DNA from: a virus
DNA length: 40,270 nucleotides
Virus genome (UHGV): UHGV-0384247
Direction: 5' to 3' (one strand)
Shown: in pieces, positions 1 to 8,505 of the stretch
Numbering within the stretch: position 1 is the stretch's first letter
How the letters are laid out: every line of letters begins with the position of its first letter
Notes under the pieces: model-generated
Told to the model about the DNA's origin: nothing
The model's input: the letters and a program-made list of their open reading frames with translations, nothing else
The model's database searches: none
Made by a program: the position numbers and the translations under genes

Positions 1-3
1 AAC

Positions 4-195
4 ATGGACATTTTAATCACAATCGCATTTTTGACCCTTTACTACATATTGGGACCGGGAACCGTGATTACTTTAAAGACAGGATTGGAAGAGGATGTAA
101 AACTAGAAGGTGCGGATTACCTGATGGCTGCGGGATTCCCGATACTGCTATTTGTGGTGTTTTTGGATTGGATTGTGCGAAAGATAGTGAGGTAG
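4..195 (+). CDS. small hydrophobic protein (two predicted TM helices); the ORF may begin upstream of the window
   Basis: 63-aa ORF from the track; hydrophobic segments ITIAFLTLYYILGP and FPILLFVVFLDWIV; no recognisable family. Confidence 0.25.
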   Translation: MDILITIAFLTLYYILGPGTVITLKTGLEEDVKLEGADYLMAAGFPILLFVVFLDWIVRKIVR

Positions 196-199
196 GAAG

Positions 200-796
200 A
201 TGAAAAAATTTAATTGGAACGAATTTAAAAATAAAGACAATAAGATTGCGGTGTACTGTAAGACTGAGGAGGAAGCGGTAGACTTTTGTAAGCAGATGCA
301 CGAACATGGAATGAAGTGGTGTAACGGAGAAAGTTATTTGAAAAATACAAATTATATGCGCAACAAAGGAACGTGTTATTACGGAAGCGGAGAATATTCG
401 ACTCGTGATTTTGCGGAAAAGTACAATTATAAAATCTTAGAATGGAGTGATTACATGGACAAAGAATTTACCAAGGCAGATCTGAGAGATGGGATGGTAG
501 TTGAGCAAAGAAATGGTGAAATGTATCTTGTATTGGCCGGGATGGTAGTGAGAAGAGGCGGACGCAATCATATAGGCGGTTATGATGATGACTTGAAATG
601 GGAAGGTTATACAGGAGGAGACATCGTTAAAGTCTATAGGATTACTCCGGAATCACTCGGATGCATAAAAGATGTGTTTATTAAAGGCAACCTCGAACTC
701 ATCTGGGAACGCACCGAATCGAAGAAAATGACTGTGGAAGAAATGAAACAGAAGCTGGAAGAGCTGACAGGAGAGGAAATTGAGGTAACGGAATGA
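200..796 (+). CDS. hypothetical phage protein
   Basis: 198-aa ORF with RBS-like AGGAAG 8 nt upstream of its ATG; co-directional with neighbours; no recognisable motif. Confidence 0.55.
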   Translation: MKKFNWNEFKNKDNKIAVYCKTEEEAVDFCKQMHEHGMKWCNGESYLKNTNYMRNKGTCYYGSGEYSTRDFAEKYNYKILEWSDYMDKEFTKADLRDGMVVEQRNGEMYLVLAGMVVRRGGRNHIGGYDDDLKWEGYTGGDIVKVYRITPESLGCIKDVFIKGNLELIWERTESKKMTVEEMKQKLEELTGEEIEVTE

Positions 797-833
797 ACAG
801 GGAAACCATGAGACGCAGGAAGGAGAAGAGAAA

Positions 834-1277
834 ATGCTAATTGAAGATAAAGTGCAGATAGAAGCAGTGAAAACAAGATCGTATATGATGGGCGAGATAG
901 ACGGAAAAGTGATGATTACGCAAGGTAGATATATTGTATTTGTGAAGAAAGAAGATTTCTTGCTCGACATAGATAAGCAGAAGAAATTGCCAGAAGATGG
1001 GGTGAAACGTTTTTCCACAGAAAATATTCAGAGCCAAATGAGGGCGGCCAAGTTGTCAAACAGAATGCTTACAACTGGCAAAAGCATTCTGAGAGCAATA
1101 AGAGACGAGACAACAGGGGAATACGCTTGGTTTGATAATAAATATTTGAAAATGTTTGACGGATGCACGCCAAATCTTATTAAATACCAAGGAAACTCTG
1201 AATACTACGATGCCGTGTTTACACGCTACGGAGAAATAATAGGCATCATACTTCCTGTGAGGGTGAGTGAATGGTGA
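834..1277 (+). CDS. hypothetical phage protein
   Basis: 147-aa ORF, co-directional and tightly spaced. Confidence 0.5.
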   Translation: MLIEDKVQIEAVKTRSYMMGEIDGKVMITQGRYIVFVKKEDFLLDIDKQKKLPEDGVKRFSTENIQSQMRAAKLSNRMLTTGKSILRAIRDETTGEYAWFDNKYLKMFDGCTPNLIKYQGNSEYYDAVFTRYGEIIGIILPVRVSEW

Positions 1278-1312
1278 TAATAAGCTAGATGTAGAAAGGA
1301 GACAGCGGACAT

Positions 1313-1492
1313 CATGAAGAAAATAGAAGCATACACTATGGCAACGAGAAAGCCCTGTGAGACCGCTTTAAAGCAACAGGAGCATAAAGCCTTTGCCTGT
1401 GATTTTAAAAGGGCTGACAGAACAAATACGGACACTCTGGAATACATAGCAAGCAAGTACAACATCAAAAAGCCAATTCCGGGAGGTGATTG
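1313..1492 (+). CDS. small hypothetical protein (59 aa, below the track cutoff)
   Basis: ATG preceded by GAAAGGAGA; 3' end overlaps the next gene start by 7 nt, a typical phage coupling arrangement. Confidence 0.3.
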
Positions 1493-1902
1493 AGGTGGAT
1501 AAGAATATAATCTATGAGTACATGGATGCGAAAGCGCTTGTGAAAGAGACAGAGGAAGATATCAGACGGCACAGAAGAAAGACGTTTGTGCAGGATAAAG
1601 TGACAGGCAGCAATCCAGAGTTTCCGTACCAACCACAGAGCTTTAATATCTCTGGATGTGTAGAGAACACGGTGAATATAGACGAAGAGGAACGGTTGTT
1701 GGAAGAACGAAAGCTGAACGCAAAGCAGATTAAAGTAAAAGCAGAGCGAGTAATCAATAAAGCTCCGGTAAGGATGCAGAGGATTATCCGGTTCAAGGTC
1801 ATGCAAGGACTGACGTGGGATGAAGTGGCTGCGAAAATGAAAGGAAATTGCACAGGGGAAAGCGCAAGGAAAGAATTTCAGAGGTGGATGAAAGAAAAAT
1901 AA
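1486..1902 (+). CDS. ArpU/RinA-like late transcriptional regulator (sigma-70 region-4-like HTH at the C-terminus)
   Basis: 138-aa protein directly upstream of the packaging genes, the canonical position; C-terminal RIIRFKVMQGLTWDEVAAKM resembles a region-4 HTH; size is typical of the ArpU family. Confidence 0.45.
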   Translation: MIEVDKNIIYEYMDAKALVKETEEDIRRHRRKTFVQDKVTGSNPEFPYQPQSFNISGCVENTVNIDEEERLLEERKLNAKQIKVKAERVINKAPVRMQRIIRFKVMQGLTWDEVAAKMKGNCTGESARKEFQRWMKEK

Positions 1903-1905
1903 AGT

Positions 1906-1935
1906 TTGTCCGTTTTGTCCACATTGTCCGCTTTA
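1906..1935 (+). repeat. three direct TTGTCC(G/A) repeats at 10-11 nt spacing, followed by an AT-rich TATAGTATAAC box
   Basis: read directly: tTTGTCCGtTTTGTCCAcaTTGTCCGcttt. Confidence 0.35.
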
Positions 1936-2000
1936 AATAATATATAGTATAACATGGAGTTAGAAGAAAGACTCCAAAAGCTTTCCAAACAACATTCGGA

Positions 2001-2043
2001 ACACCGCCGGACTTTCACCCTTTCTCGTCTGGCGGTGTTTTTA
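2001..2043 (+). terminator. intrinsic terminator
   Basis: ACACCGCCGGAC...GTCTGGCGGTGT gives a 12-bp stem (one G-U pair) followed by TTTTTAT. Confidence 0.6.
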
Positions 2044-2044
2044 T

Positions 2045-2089
2045 GCCGTGGCAAATGTAGGGCAGACAGGTTCGACTCCTGTACACGGC
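2045..2089 (+). other. tRNA-like acceptor/T-arm minihelix (half-tRNA or tRNA remnant)
   Basis: GCCGTG...CACGGC is a 6-bp acceptor-like stem enclosing a 5-bp stem ACAGG/CCTGT with the 7-nt loop TTCGACT (T-loop consensus); no D arm or anticodon arm. Confidence 0.25.
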
Positions 2090-2280
2090 TTCGGATGTAA
2101 AGTAGCGGCTGGTAGACGGCCCTTAAATGATTAAGCGCGCGATCGGCTTTGCATCTGATTGGTACCAATAGCAGGTATCCGCAGATCTGCAAAACAAACA
2201 AAAATAGATTCAGCAATCTATATTTAGTGTCAGTACCCGAGTGCGGATAGGGTAAAGGGTGTCAATAAAAGGCATCCTAC

Positions 2281-2353
2281 GGGTGTATAGCTCAATTGGT
2301 AGAGCAATCGGCTGTTAACCGATGTGTCGTAGGTTCGAGTCCTGCTATACCCG
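2281..2353 (+). tRNA. tRNA-Asn (anticodon GTT)
   Basis: 73 nt fold into a full cloverleaf: acceptor GGGTGTA/TATACCC, D arm GCTC-AATTGGTA-GAGC, anticodon stem ATCGG/CCGAT with loop CTGTTAA, T arm GTAGG-TTCGAGT-CCTGC, discriminator G; CCA is not encoded. Confidence 0.85.
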
Positions 2354-2357
2354 TTGT

Positions 2358-2456
2358 GGACTACTGCAAGTTACTCCTTTTTCCTATAAATTTTGATTGT
2401 GTACTTGGTTATTTTGGTTTTGTTGCTGTTATAATTCTTTCATTTTGCAGTAGTCC
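2358..2456. repeat. perfect 12-bp inverted repeat GGACTACTGCAA / TTGCAGTAGTCC flanking a 75-nt AT-rich spacer, between the tRNA and terS
   Basis: read directly; arms at 2358-2369 and 2445-2456. Confidence 0.5.
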
Positions 2457-2514
2457 TAAATTCTTAGCATCCAGAGATGGGTGCTTTTATTATGCTTAAA
2501 AGGTGGTGAGTCCT

Positions 2515-3084
2515 ATGACAGAAAAACAGAAAATATTTGCAGATGAGTACTTGATTGATCTAAATGCCACACGGGCTTACCGCGCGGCGTATCCGAATTG
2601 CAAAAAAGATAGTTCGGCAGATGCAGCAGCGAGAAAATTACTCGGAAATACTCGGATTCAAACATATATCACAGAACGAATGGAAGAACGGCAGAAACGA
2701 ACGGAGATCACCCAGGACATGGTGCTACAGGAACTAGCTGCGATTGCTTTTTCCAAGGCTTCTGACTACGCGAAAGTAGTTGAGAAACAGGCTACAGCAG
2801 AAGTAGATGGAAATATTATTCCACTCGTAGGAGAGGACGGAGAACCGATTCTGTATCGGACCGTAGAATTGGAACTTACAGATAACCTTACGGAGGAACA
2901 GCAGCGAGCCCTCGGAACGATTAAAAAGGGGCGCGATGGATTGGAACAGAAGCCCTGCGACAAGGTAAAGGCGCTTGAGCTTCTCGGCAGACATTTAGGT
3001 ATGTGGAATGACAAGCTGGATGTAGCAGGAGATATGGACATGAAGATTGTAGTAGACTATGGTGATGAGGATGAAGGAAGTTAA
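2515..3084 (+). CDS. terS: terminase small subunit (Terminase_2/P27-like)
   Basis: N-terminal KQKIFADEYLIDLNATRAYRAAYP is the signature of this TerS family; it sits immediately upstream of the large terminase; ATG at 2515 has RBS AAGGTGG (the track ORF begins at an alternative start, 2503). Confidence 0.8.
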   Translation: MTEKQKIFADEYLIDLNATRAYRAAYPNCKKDSSADAAARKLLGNTRIQTYITERMEERQKRTEITQDMVLQELAAIAFSKASDYAKVVEKQATAEVDGNIIPLVGEDGEPILYRTVELELTDNLTEEQQRALGTIKKGRDGLEQKPCDKVKALELLGRHLGMWNDKLDVAGDMDMKIVVDYGDEDEGS

Positions 3085-4327
3085 TGTTGGATTTAACAGA
3101 AATTTCAAAGAGTTTAATGAGTGCAAGAAACGATATCGACTGGCAAAAGGCTCTGCCGGATCCGGAAAGTCGGTAAACATTGCACAGAATTTTATCATCA
3201 AACTTGGTGATCCGAAGTACAAAGGTGCGAATCTTCTGTGCGTCCGGAAAGTAGACACAACAAACAAAGATAGTACTTATGCGGAGTTGAAGAGTGCAAT
3301 ATACAAGATATACGGGGATAAAGCGGGATTATTCTGGCAGATCAGAAGCAATCCAATGGAGCTGATCTCTAAAGTAACTGGAAATAAAGTGATTTTTCGA
3401 GGAATGAAAGACGATGGACAGCGAGAAAAAGTAAAGTCCATCACATTCGATGTCGGAAAATTAACATGGATATGGATTGAAGAAGCAACGGAGCTATATG
3501 AAGCGGATGTCGATATTCTCGATGACCGACTCAGAGGCGACTTGTCATTCAATCCATTTTTGTATTATCAGATCACGTTCAGCTTCAATCCGGTGTCAGC
3601 AACGCACTGGTTAAAAGCAAAATATTTCGACATAAAAAGTGATGATGTATACACACACCAGTCTACATACCTGCAGAACCGGTTCATAGACGAAGCGTAT
3701 CACCGGCGCATGATGATGCGTAAAGAACGGGATCCTGATGGATATCGGATTTATGGACTCGGTGAATGGGGAGAAACTGGCGGTCTGATTCTTACAAATT
3801 ATGTGGTCGAGGAATTCAACACATCTTCTGATCGATTTGATTACATGGTAAATTCACAGGATTTTGGATTCAACCATGCGAACTGTATCGGGGAGATTGG
3901 ATTCAAGGATGGAGATATCTACTTATGCCGGGAATTGTATGTATTTGAAAAAGATACGTCCGAAATCATACAGCTGGCTGAGGGAAAATTCCAGAAGCGA
4001 ATTACCATGTATTGTGATTCTGCTGAGCCAGACAGGATTAAGATGTGGCAGAAAGCAGGATACAGAGCATGTCCGGTCAAGAAAGAGCCGAACAGTGTAA
4101 AAGCGCAGATTGATTACTTAAAGCAGCATACAATCCATATACATCCGTCTTGCGTAAATACGATTAAGGAGATCCAGCAATGGAAATGGCGAAAAGATGA
4201 GAAGACGAACACCTTCACAGATGAGCCAGTGAATTTCTTTGATGATGCAATGGCAATGCTCAGATATTCTATTGAGCAGGAGAGAAAAGGCAAAGTGAAG
4301 TTAAAGACCTTTAGAGGAGGAATATAA
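3059..4327 (+). CDS. terL: terminase large subunit, PBSX/Terminase_3 family
   Basis: 422 aa; Walker A motif KGSAGSGKS near the N-terminus; acidic nuclease-domain residues in the C-terminal half; overlaps the terS stop. Confidence 0.9.
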   Translation: MVMRMKEVNVGFNRNFKEFNECKKRYRLAKGSAGSGKSVNIAQNFIIKLGDPKYKGANLLCVRKVDTTNKDSTYAELKSAIYKIYGDKAGLFWQIRSNPMELISKVTGNKVIFRGMKDDGQREKVKSITFDVGKLTWIWIEEATELYEADVDILDDRLRGDLSFNPFLYYQITFSFNPVSATHWLKAKYFDIKSDDVYTHQSTYLQNRFIDEAYHRRMMMRKERDPDGYRIYGLGEWGETGGLILTNYVVEEFNTSSDRFDYMVNSQDFGFNHANCIGEIGFKDGDIYLCRELYVFEKDTSEIIQLAEGKFQKRITMYCDSAEPDRIKMWQKAGYRACPVKKEPNSVKAQIDYLKQHTIHIHPSCVNTIKEIQQWKWRKDEKTNTFTDEPVNFFDDAMAMLRYSIEQERKGKVKLKTFRGGI

Positions 4328-4328
4328 A

Positions 4329-5687
4329 ATGAATGGGAAAAGACCATACAAACTGCCGGAACCGCTTTTATGTTCCGCCGACAAAGAAATCAATATGACA
4401 TTAGTAGATGAGTATATTCGCAAGCACGAAGAACGAATGCCAAGGTACAGATACCTTGAGAATCTATACAAAGGATTTCACGATGTATTCCGTCTTCCGG
4501 AAAAGGAGTCATGGAAGCCGGATAACCGACTGGCGGTGAATTTCCCAAGGTATATCACAGAGACGTTTTTGGGATATGCTTATGGGATTCCGGTTAAAAA
4601 ATCGCATCCGGACGAAAAAATAAAAGATGCGATCCTTGAATTTGACCGGGATAATGATATTTCTGACCAGGAATACGAACTGGTGAAGAAATGTTGCATC
4701 TACGGACATGCATTTGAGTATTTCTATCAAGACGAAGAAGCAAAGACAAAGACAGTAGTCTGCAATCCAAAAGAACTGTTTGTTGTCTACGATGATACCG
4801 TAAAGAGCCGCGCTCTATTTGCTGTCAGATATGGAAAAAAGGACGATAATGTTACAAGGTATGGTGAGATACTTACAAGGACAGAAATAATCCCATTCGA
4901 TGGAGAAAAGATGCAGGAGAGTATACCGAATCCTTACGGGCGTATTAACTGCGTGGAATACGTGTTGAACGATGAGAGAATCGGTCTGTATGAAGAAGTT
5001 GCCGGCATGGTAGAAACATACAACCGAGTGATCGGAGAAAAGGCGAATGATGTAGATTCTTTCGCAGAAGCGTATCTTGCAGTGCTGGGCGCCGAACTGG
5101 ACGAGGAAGGCGTTTATAAAATTCGCGACAACCGGATTATAAACCTTTATGGTACAGACAATGCAAAAGATATTATCGTGCAGTTTCTTGGCAAACCTAC
5201 GGCAGACGGAACACAGGAAAATCTTTTGAATCGGCTCGAGGATTTGATTTATCAGACAAGTATGGTAGCGAATATCTCAGACGAATCGTTTGGAAATGCC
5301 TCCGGAACTTCTCTCGCATACAAATTACAGTCCATGAGCAATCTTGCACTAACATTTGACCGTAAAGTTGAAAAGTCCATGAGGAAACGATATAAGCTGT
5401 TTTGCTCCCTTGCAACGAATGTGTCAGATCGGGACGCATGGAAAGATATTGATTTTACAATGAGCAGAAATATCCCGAAGAATCTCCTTGAAGAAGCGCA
5501 GACAGCACAGGCGCTTGAAAGCATCGTGTCCAAGGAAACGCAGCTGCAGGTCCTCTCGATCGTTAAGGATGTTTCAGAGGAGATAGATCGAATGGAGAAA
5601 GAGGAAGAAAAGAAGCAGCAAACAATCGTAGAGAAGCGGATGTTCGGAGGTGCGGCAGATGAGCAGCAGGACGTACTGGAAGAATAG
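4329..5687 (+). CDS. portal protein (SPP1 gp6-like)
   Basis: 452 aa directly after terL; size and position are typical; acidic, coiled C-terminus. Confidence 0.8.
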   Translation: MNGKRPYKLPEPLLCSADKEINMTLVDEYIRKHEERMPRYRYLENLYKGFHDVFRLPEKESWKPDNRLAVNFPRYITETFLGYAYGIPVKKSHPDEKIKDAILEFDRDNDISDQEYELVKKCCIYGHAFEYFYQDEEAKTKTVVCNPKELFVVYDDTVKSRALFAVRYGKKDDNVTRYGEILTRTEIIPFDGEKMQESIPNPYGRINCVEYVLNDERIGLYEEVAGMVETYNRVIGEKANDVDSFAEAYLAVLGAELDEEGVYKIRDNRIINLYGTDNAKDIIVQFLGKPTADGTQENLLNRLEDLIYQTSMVANISDESFGNASGTSLAYKLQSMSNLALTFDRKVEKSMRKRYKLFCSLATNVSDRDAWKDIDFTMSRNIPKNLLEEAQTAQALESIVSKETQLQVLSIVKDVSEEIDRMEKEEEKKQQTIVEKRMFGGAADEQQDVLEE

Positions 5688-6939
5688 AGAGGAAGAACAG
5701 CGGAAGAAGAATATCAAGGACGAAGCTGAATACGCGAAAGAGATTGAGAAGATCTATGCGAACATGATGGATGAAATCCAGAAAGAGATCAATGGATTTT
5801 ACACGCGATATGCAAAAGCAGAGGGAATCACAATTGCAGAAGCGAAGAAGCGAGTATCCAAAATGGACATTGATGCGTACAGCCGGAAGGCGGAGCAGTA
5901 TGTAAAGGATAAGGATTTTTCGAAGGAAGCCAATGAGGAAATGAGACTCTATAACGCAGCTATGAAGATTAACCGGCTTGAAATGCTGAAAGCAAATATC
6001 GGAATGCATCTTGTCGGTGGATTTGATGAGCTTCAGAAGTATTTTGACCAGATCCTGACGGAGAAAACGCTGGAAGAATTTGAAAGGCAGGCTGGAATTC
6101 TTGGCAAATCCATTCAGAACAATGCGAAGATGGCACATGCAATTGCAAATGCTTCATTCCACAATGCAAAATATTCGGACCGTATTTGGATGTATCAGGA
6201 TATGCTTAAAGCCGAATTATCGAAACTCTTACAAACAGGTCTGATACAGGGAAAGAATCCAAGAGTATTGGCAAAACATCTTACCAAACTGTTTGGAGTA
6301 AGCCGGGAAAATGCAGAGCGACTGATGATAACGGAACTGTCAAGGGTGCAGGCAGAAGCGCAGAAACAGTCTTATATCCGCAATGGATTTGATGAGTATG
6401 AGTTTATCGCGGAGCCGACAGCCTGCCAGATCTGCAGGGCTTTAGACGGAAAACATTTCAAGGTATCGAAAATGATGCCCGGAGAAAATGCACATCCAAT
6501 GCATCCACGCTGCCGGTGCAGTACAGCGGCATATACGGATGATAAAGAGTATCATGAGTGGCTGGACGGGTATTCTGAACATGGGATGAACTTTGAAACT
6601 TGGAAGAAGAGGGTTGAAAAGAAAACGGATTCTGGTATAATAAAGGCAGATAGAACAGTCAGCGGACATTCTGGTCCTCCTAAAATGGCAGAGGCGGGAA
6701 TGGTAATAGATCACATTGGAAAAGATGGAAAAGTAGATGTAAGAGCTTTTTACGGAGAGTCAAAATTAAAATATAAAGATATCCATACAACTGCGCATGG
6801 GAATCCCAAGCAGCATCCTTATGGAGAACATGGGGAACACGTACATGATTATACATGGGGAGATGATGGTAGACTGAAGAATAAGACAACTCGCGAATTA
6901 AGCAAAGAGGAAAGAAAGGAGAATGGCGATATATTATGA
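5659..6939 (+). CDS. minor head protein, MuF/SPP1 gp7 family, with a C-terminal extension of about 130 aa
   Basis: MuF-type Cys/His cluster CQICRAL...HPMHPRCRCS at residues ~260-292; follows the portal; ATG at 5659 with RBS GGAGGTG. Confidence 0.8.
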   Translation: MSSRTYWKNREEEQRKKNIKDEAEYAKEIEKIYANMMDEIQKEINGFYTRYAKAEGITIAEAKKRVSKMDIDAYSRKAEQYVKDKDFSKEANEEMRLYNAAMKINRLEMLKANIGMHLVGGFDELQKYFDQILTEKTLEEFERQAGILGKSIQNNAKMAHAIANASFHNAKYSDRIWMYQDMLKAELSKLLQTGLIQGKNPRVLAKHLTKLFGVSRENAERLMITELSRVQAEAQKQSYIRNGFDEYEFIAEPTACQICRALDGKHFKVSKMMPGENAHPMHPRCRCSTAAYTDDKEYHEWLDGYSEHGMNFETWKKRVEKKTDSGIIKADRTVSGHSGPPKMAEAGMVIDHIGKDGKVDVRAFYGESKLKYKDIHTTAHGNPKQHPYGEHGEHVHDYTWGDDGRLKNKTTRELSKEERKENGDIL

Positions 6940-7175
6940 ATAAAGATGAATTAAGACAAATTTTATCTGAGTGTTGCAATGATATTTCTTTCTTTTACAA
7001 AGGATTGGCATCGGGAGTGACAGTTGAAGTCAGAGATTACATTCCAACGTATCAAGCGTGGCATGGTGATGATACGAAAGAGTATGATAATGTAGATGAG
7101 GTTATGAATGATAAATTTTATAGCGGAAAATCATTAAACGATCTAGTAAAAGAAGTAGAAATTGATGCAATGTAA
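6936..7175 (+). CDS. small hypothetical protein (79 aa) coupled to the MuF gene
   Basis: start overlaps the MuF stop (ATGA); followed by a strong terminator. Confidence 0.45.
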   Translation: MNKDELRQILSECCNDISFFYKGLASGVTVEVRDYIPTYQAWHGDDTKEYDNVDEVMNDKFYSGKSLNDLVKEVEIDAM

Positions 7176-7176
7176 T

Positions 7177-7207
7177 ACCATCGGTCGAGCGGGCTGGTGG
7201 TTTTTTT
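7177..7207 (+). terminator. intrinsic terminator inside the late operon
   Basis: ACCATCGG-9 nt loop-CTGGTGGT stem (two G-U pairs) followed by TTTTTTT. Confidence 0.55.
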
Positions 7208-7231
7208 ATACCTATTTTTAAGGAAGGAAGC

Positions 7232-7549
7232 GTGAATGATATGAGCATACCAGAGAAAGTAAAAGTTTTATATAAAGAATATACAGTAGAAGAACAACAG
7301 AATCTACATGATGAAGAAGGCGATTTGTATGGGCTGATACAGTATCTCCCAGAGAAAATCGTCCTGAATGCAGATGCGTCAGAAGAACAGAAAAAATCGA
7401 CTTTAGTACATGAATTGTTGCATGCACTTGATGAAATGTACAGTATTGAACTGGAAGAGAAGCAGGTTGAGAAACTTGGAAATGCGTTGTATATGCTACA
7501 TTGCGATAATCCACAATTGTTTCACGCCGAAGGGGGCGATAACGATTGA
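7232..7549 (+). CDS. small protein with a zincin-like HExxH motif (VHELLHALDE)
   Basis: 105 aa; RBS AAGGAAGGAAG; the HELLH motif was read directly; family not recognised. Confidence 0.5.
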   Translation: MNDMSIPEKVKVLYKEYTVEEQQNLHDEEGDLYGLIQYLPEKIVLNADASEEQKKSTLVHELLHALDEMYSIELEEKQVEKLGNALYMLHCDNPQLFHAEGGDND

Positions 7550-7833
7550 TTGAGGTAAGAATTCGACCAGAGCGAATCGAAATCTCTGGACACGCCGGGT
7601 ACGCAGAACCTGGAAAAGACATTGTTTGTGCTGGCGTTACGGCGCTTACGCAGACGCTGATCCAGTCGATTGATGACTTAACGGATGATGAAATAGAATA
7701 CAGAATATCTCCCGGAAAGGCTGAGATAGAATACAGGAATCTGTCAGAGAAATCAAAAACTCTGGTGGATTCCTTTTTCGTTGGCATTCGCTTGATTGCC
7801 GATGAGTTTCCGGATTATGTAGCAATTATGTAA
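7546..7833 (+). CDS. prp: Prp-like cysteine protease (ribosomal-processing protease family, DUF464)
   Basis: 95 aa; begins MIEVRI and carries GHAGYAEPGKDIVCAGVTAL, matching the Prp catalytic His/Cys signature; TTG start overlaps the upstream stop. Confidence 0.7.
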   Translation: MIEVRIRPERIEISGHAGYAEPGKDIVCAGVTALTQTLIQSIDDLTDDEIEYRISPGKAEIEYRNLSEKSKTLVDSFFVGIRLIADEFPDYVAIM

Positions 7834-7916
7834 TTCGCGCCCAAGTCTTGAAGGCGTAAAAAGCTAGGGGAAAGGACCATGAAGAATGTCATTAAACTTT
7901 TAGGAGGTAAAGAAAA

Positions 7917-8492
7917 ATGAAGAGCAGGATGTTTAGAATGCTGCAGTTATTTGCAGAAGAAACCGTAGATCACACAGCAGAACCTGATGCGGTGAAAGAT
8001 AGTGTTAATCCGGAAAACACATCTGATGATAGCGGGGAAGAAAAAAAGTACACAGACAAGGATGTGGATGCGATTGTAAACAAAAGATTCGCAAAATGGA
8101 AAACTGAGCAGGAACAGGCGGTAAAGAGTGCTAAGGAAGAGGCAGAAAAGCTGGCAAAAATGAATGCTGAGCAGAAACAGAATTACGAGATCGAGAAGTT
8201 GCAAAAAGAGAATGAAAAACTGAAGCAGGAGGCTGCAAAGGTTGAGCTTAGCAGAAGCGCCACAGGCATTCTTGCAGAAAAAGGAATTGAAGCAACGCAG
8301 GATGTTCTTGATTTTGTTGTAGGGAATGACGCTGATGATACGAATGCAAAAATTGATAAGCTTGTAAAAATCGTGGAATCCCAGCTTAAGAAAGCCGAGA
8401 TCGCCAGAGCAACCGGAACTACACCAAAAACCATGACGAACTCAGGAAGCCAGTTGTCTGAATTTGAAAAGAGACTTGCAAAGTATAAATAA
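7917..8492 (+). CDS. scaffolding protein
   Basis: 191 aa, Lys/Glu-rich coiled coil, immediately upstream of the capsid gene; N-terminal MLQLFA motif. Confidence 0.65.
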   Translation: MKSRMFRMLQLFAEETVDHTAEPDAVKDSVNPENTSDDSGEEKKYTDKDVDAIVNKRFAKWKTEQEQAVKSAKEEAEKLAKMNAEQKQNYEIEKLQKENEKLKQEAAKVELSRSATGILAEKGIEATQDVLDFVVGNDADDTNAKIDKLVKIVESQLKKAEIARATGTTPKTMTNSGSQLSEFEKRLAKYK

Positions 8493-8505
8493 GGAGAATG
8501 TGAAG

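Noticed and set aside
2090-2280. Possible additional structured RNA between the half-tRNA and tRNA-Asn (8-bp IR TATCCGCA/TGCGGATA at ~2175 and ~2246)
   Set aside because: Only short, spaced complementarity with no recognisable family. Support is too weak to call without covariance data.
2296-2499. 67-aa + ORF starting inside the tRNA-Asn
   Set aside because: It overlaps a confidently folded tRNA and the AT-rich leader of terS, which makes it a chance ORF.
5563-6138. 191-aa minus-strand ORF overlapping the portal end and MuF start
   Set aside because: It is antisense to two strongly supported structural genes, with a hydrophobic low-complexity translation and no RBS.
7218-7787. 189-aa minus-strand ORF overlapping the HExxH and Prp genes
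   Set aside because: It is antisense to genes with recognisable motifs on the + strand, and has no signal of its own.
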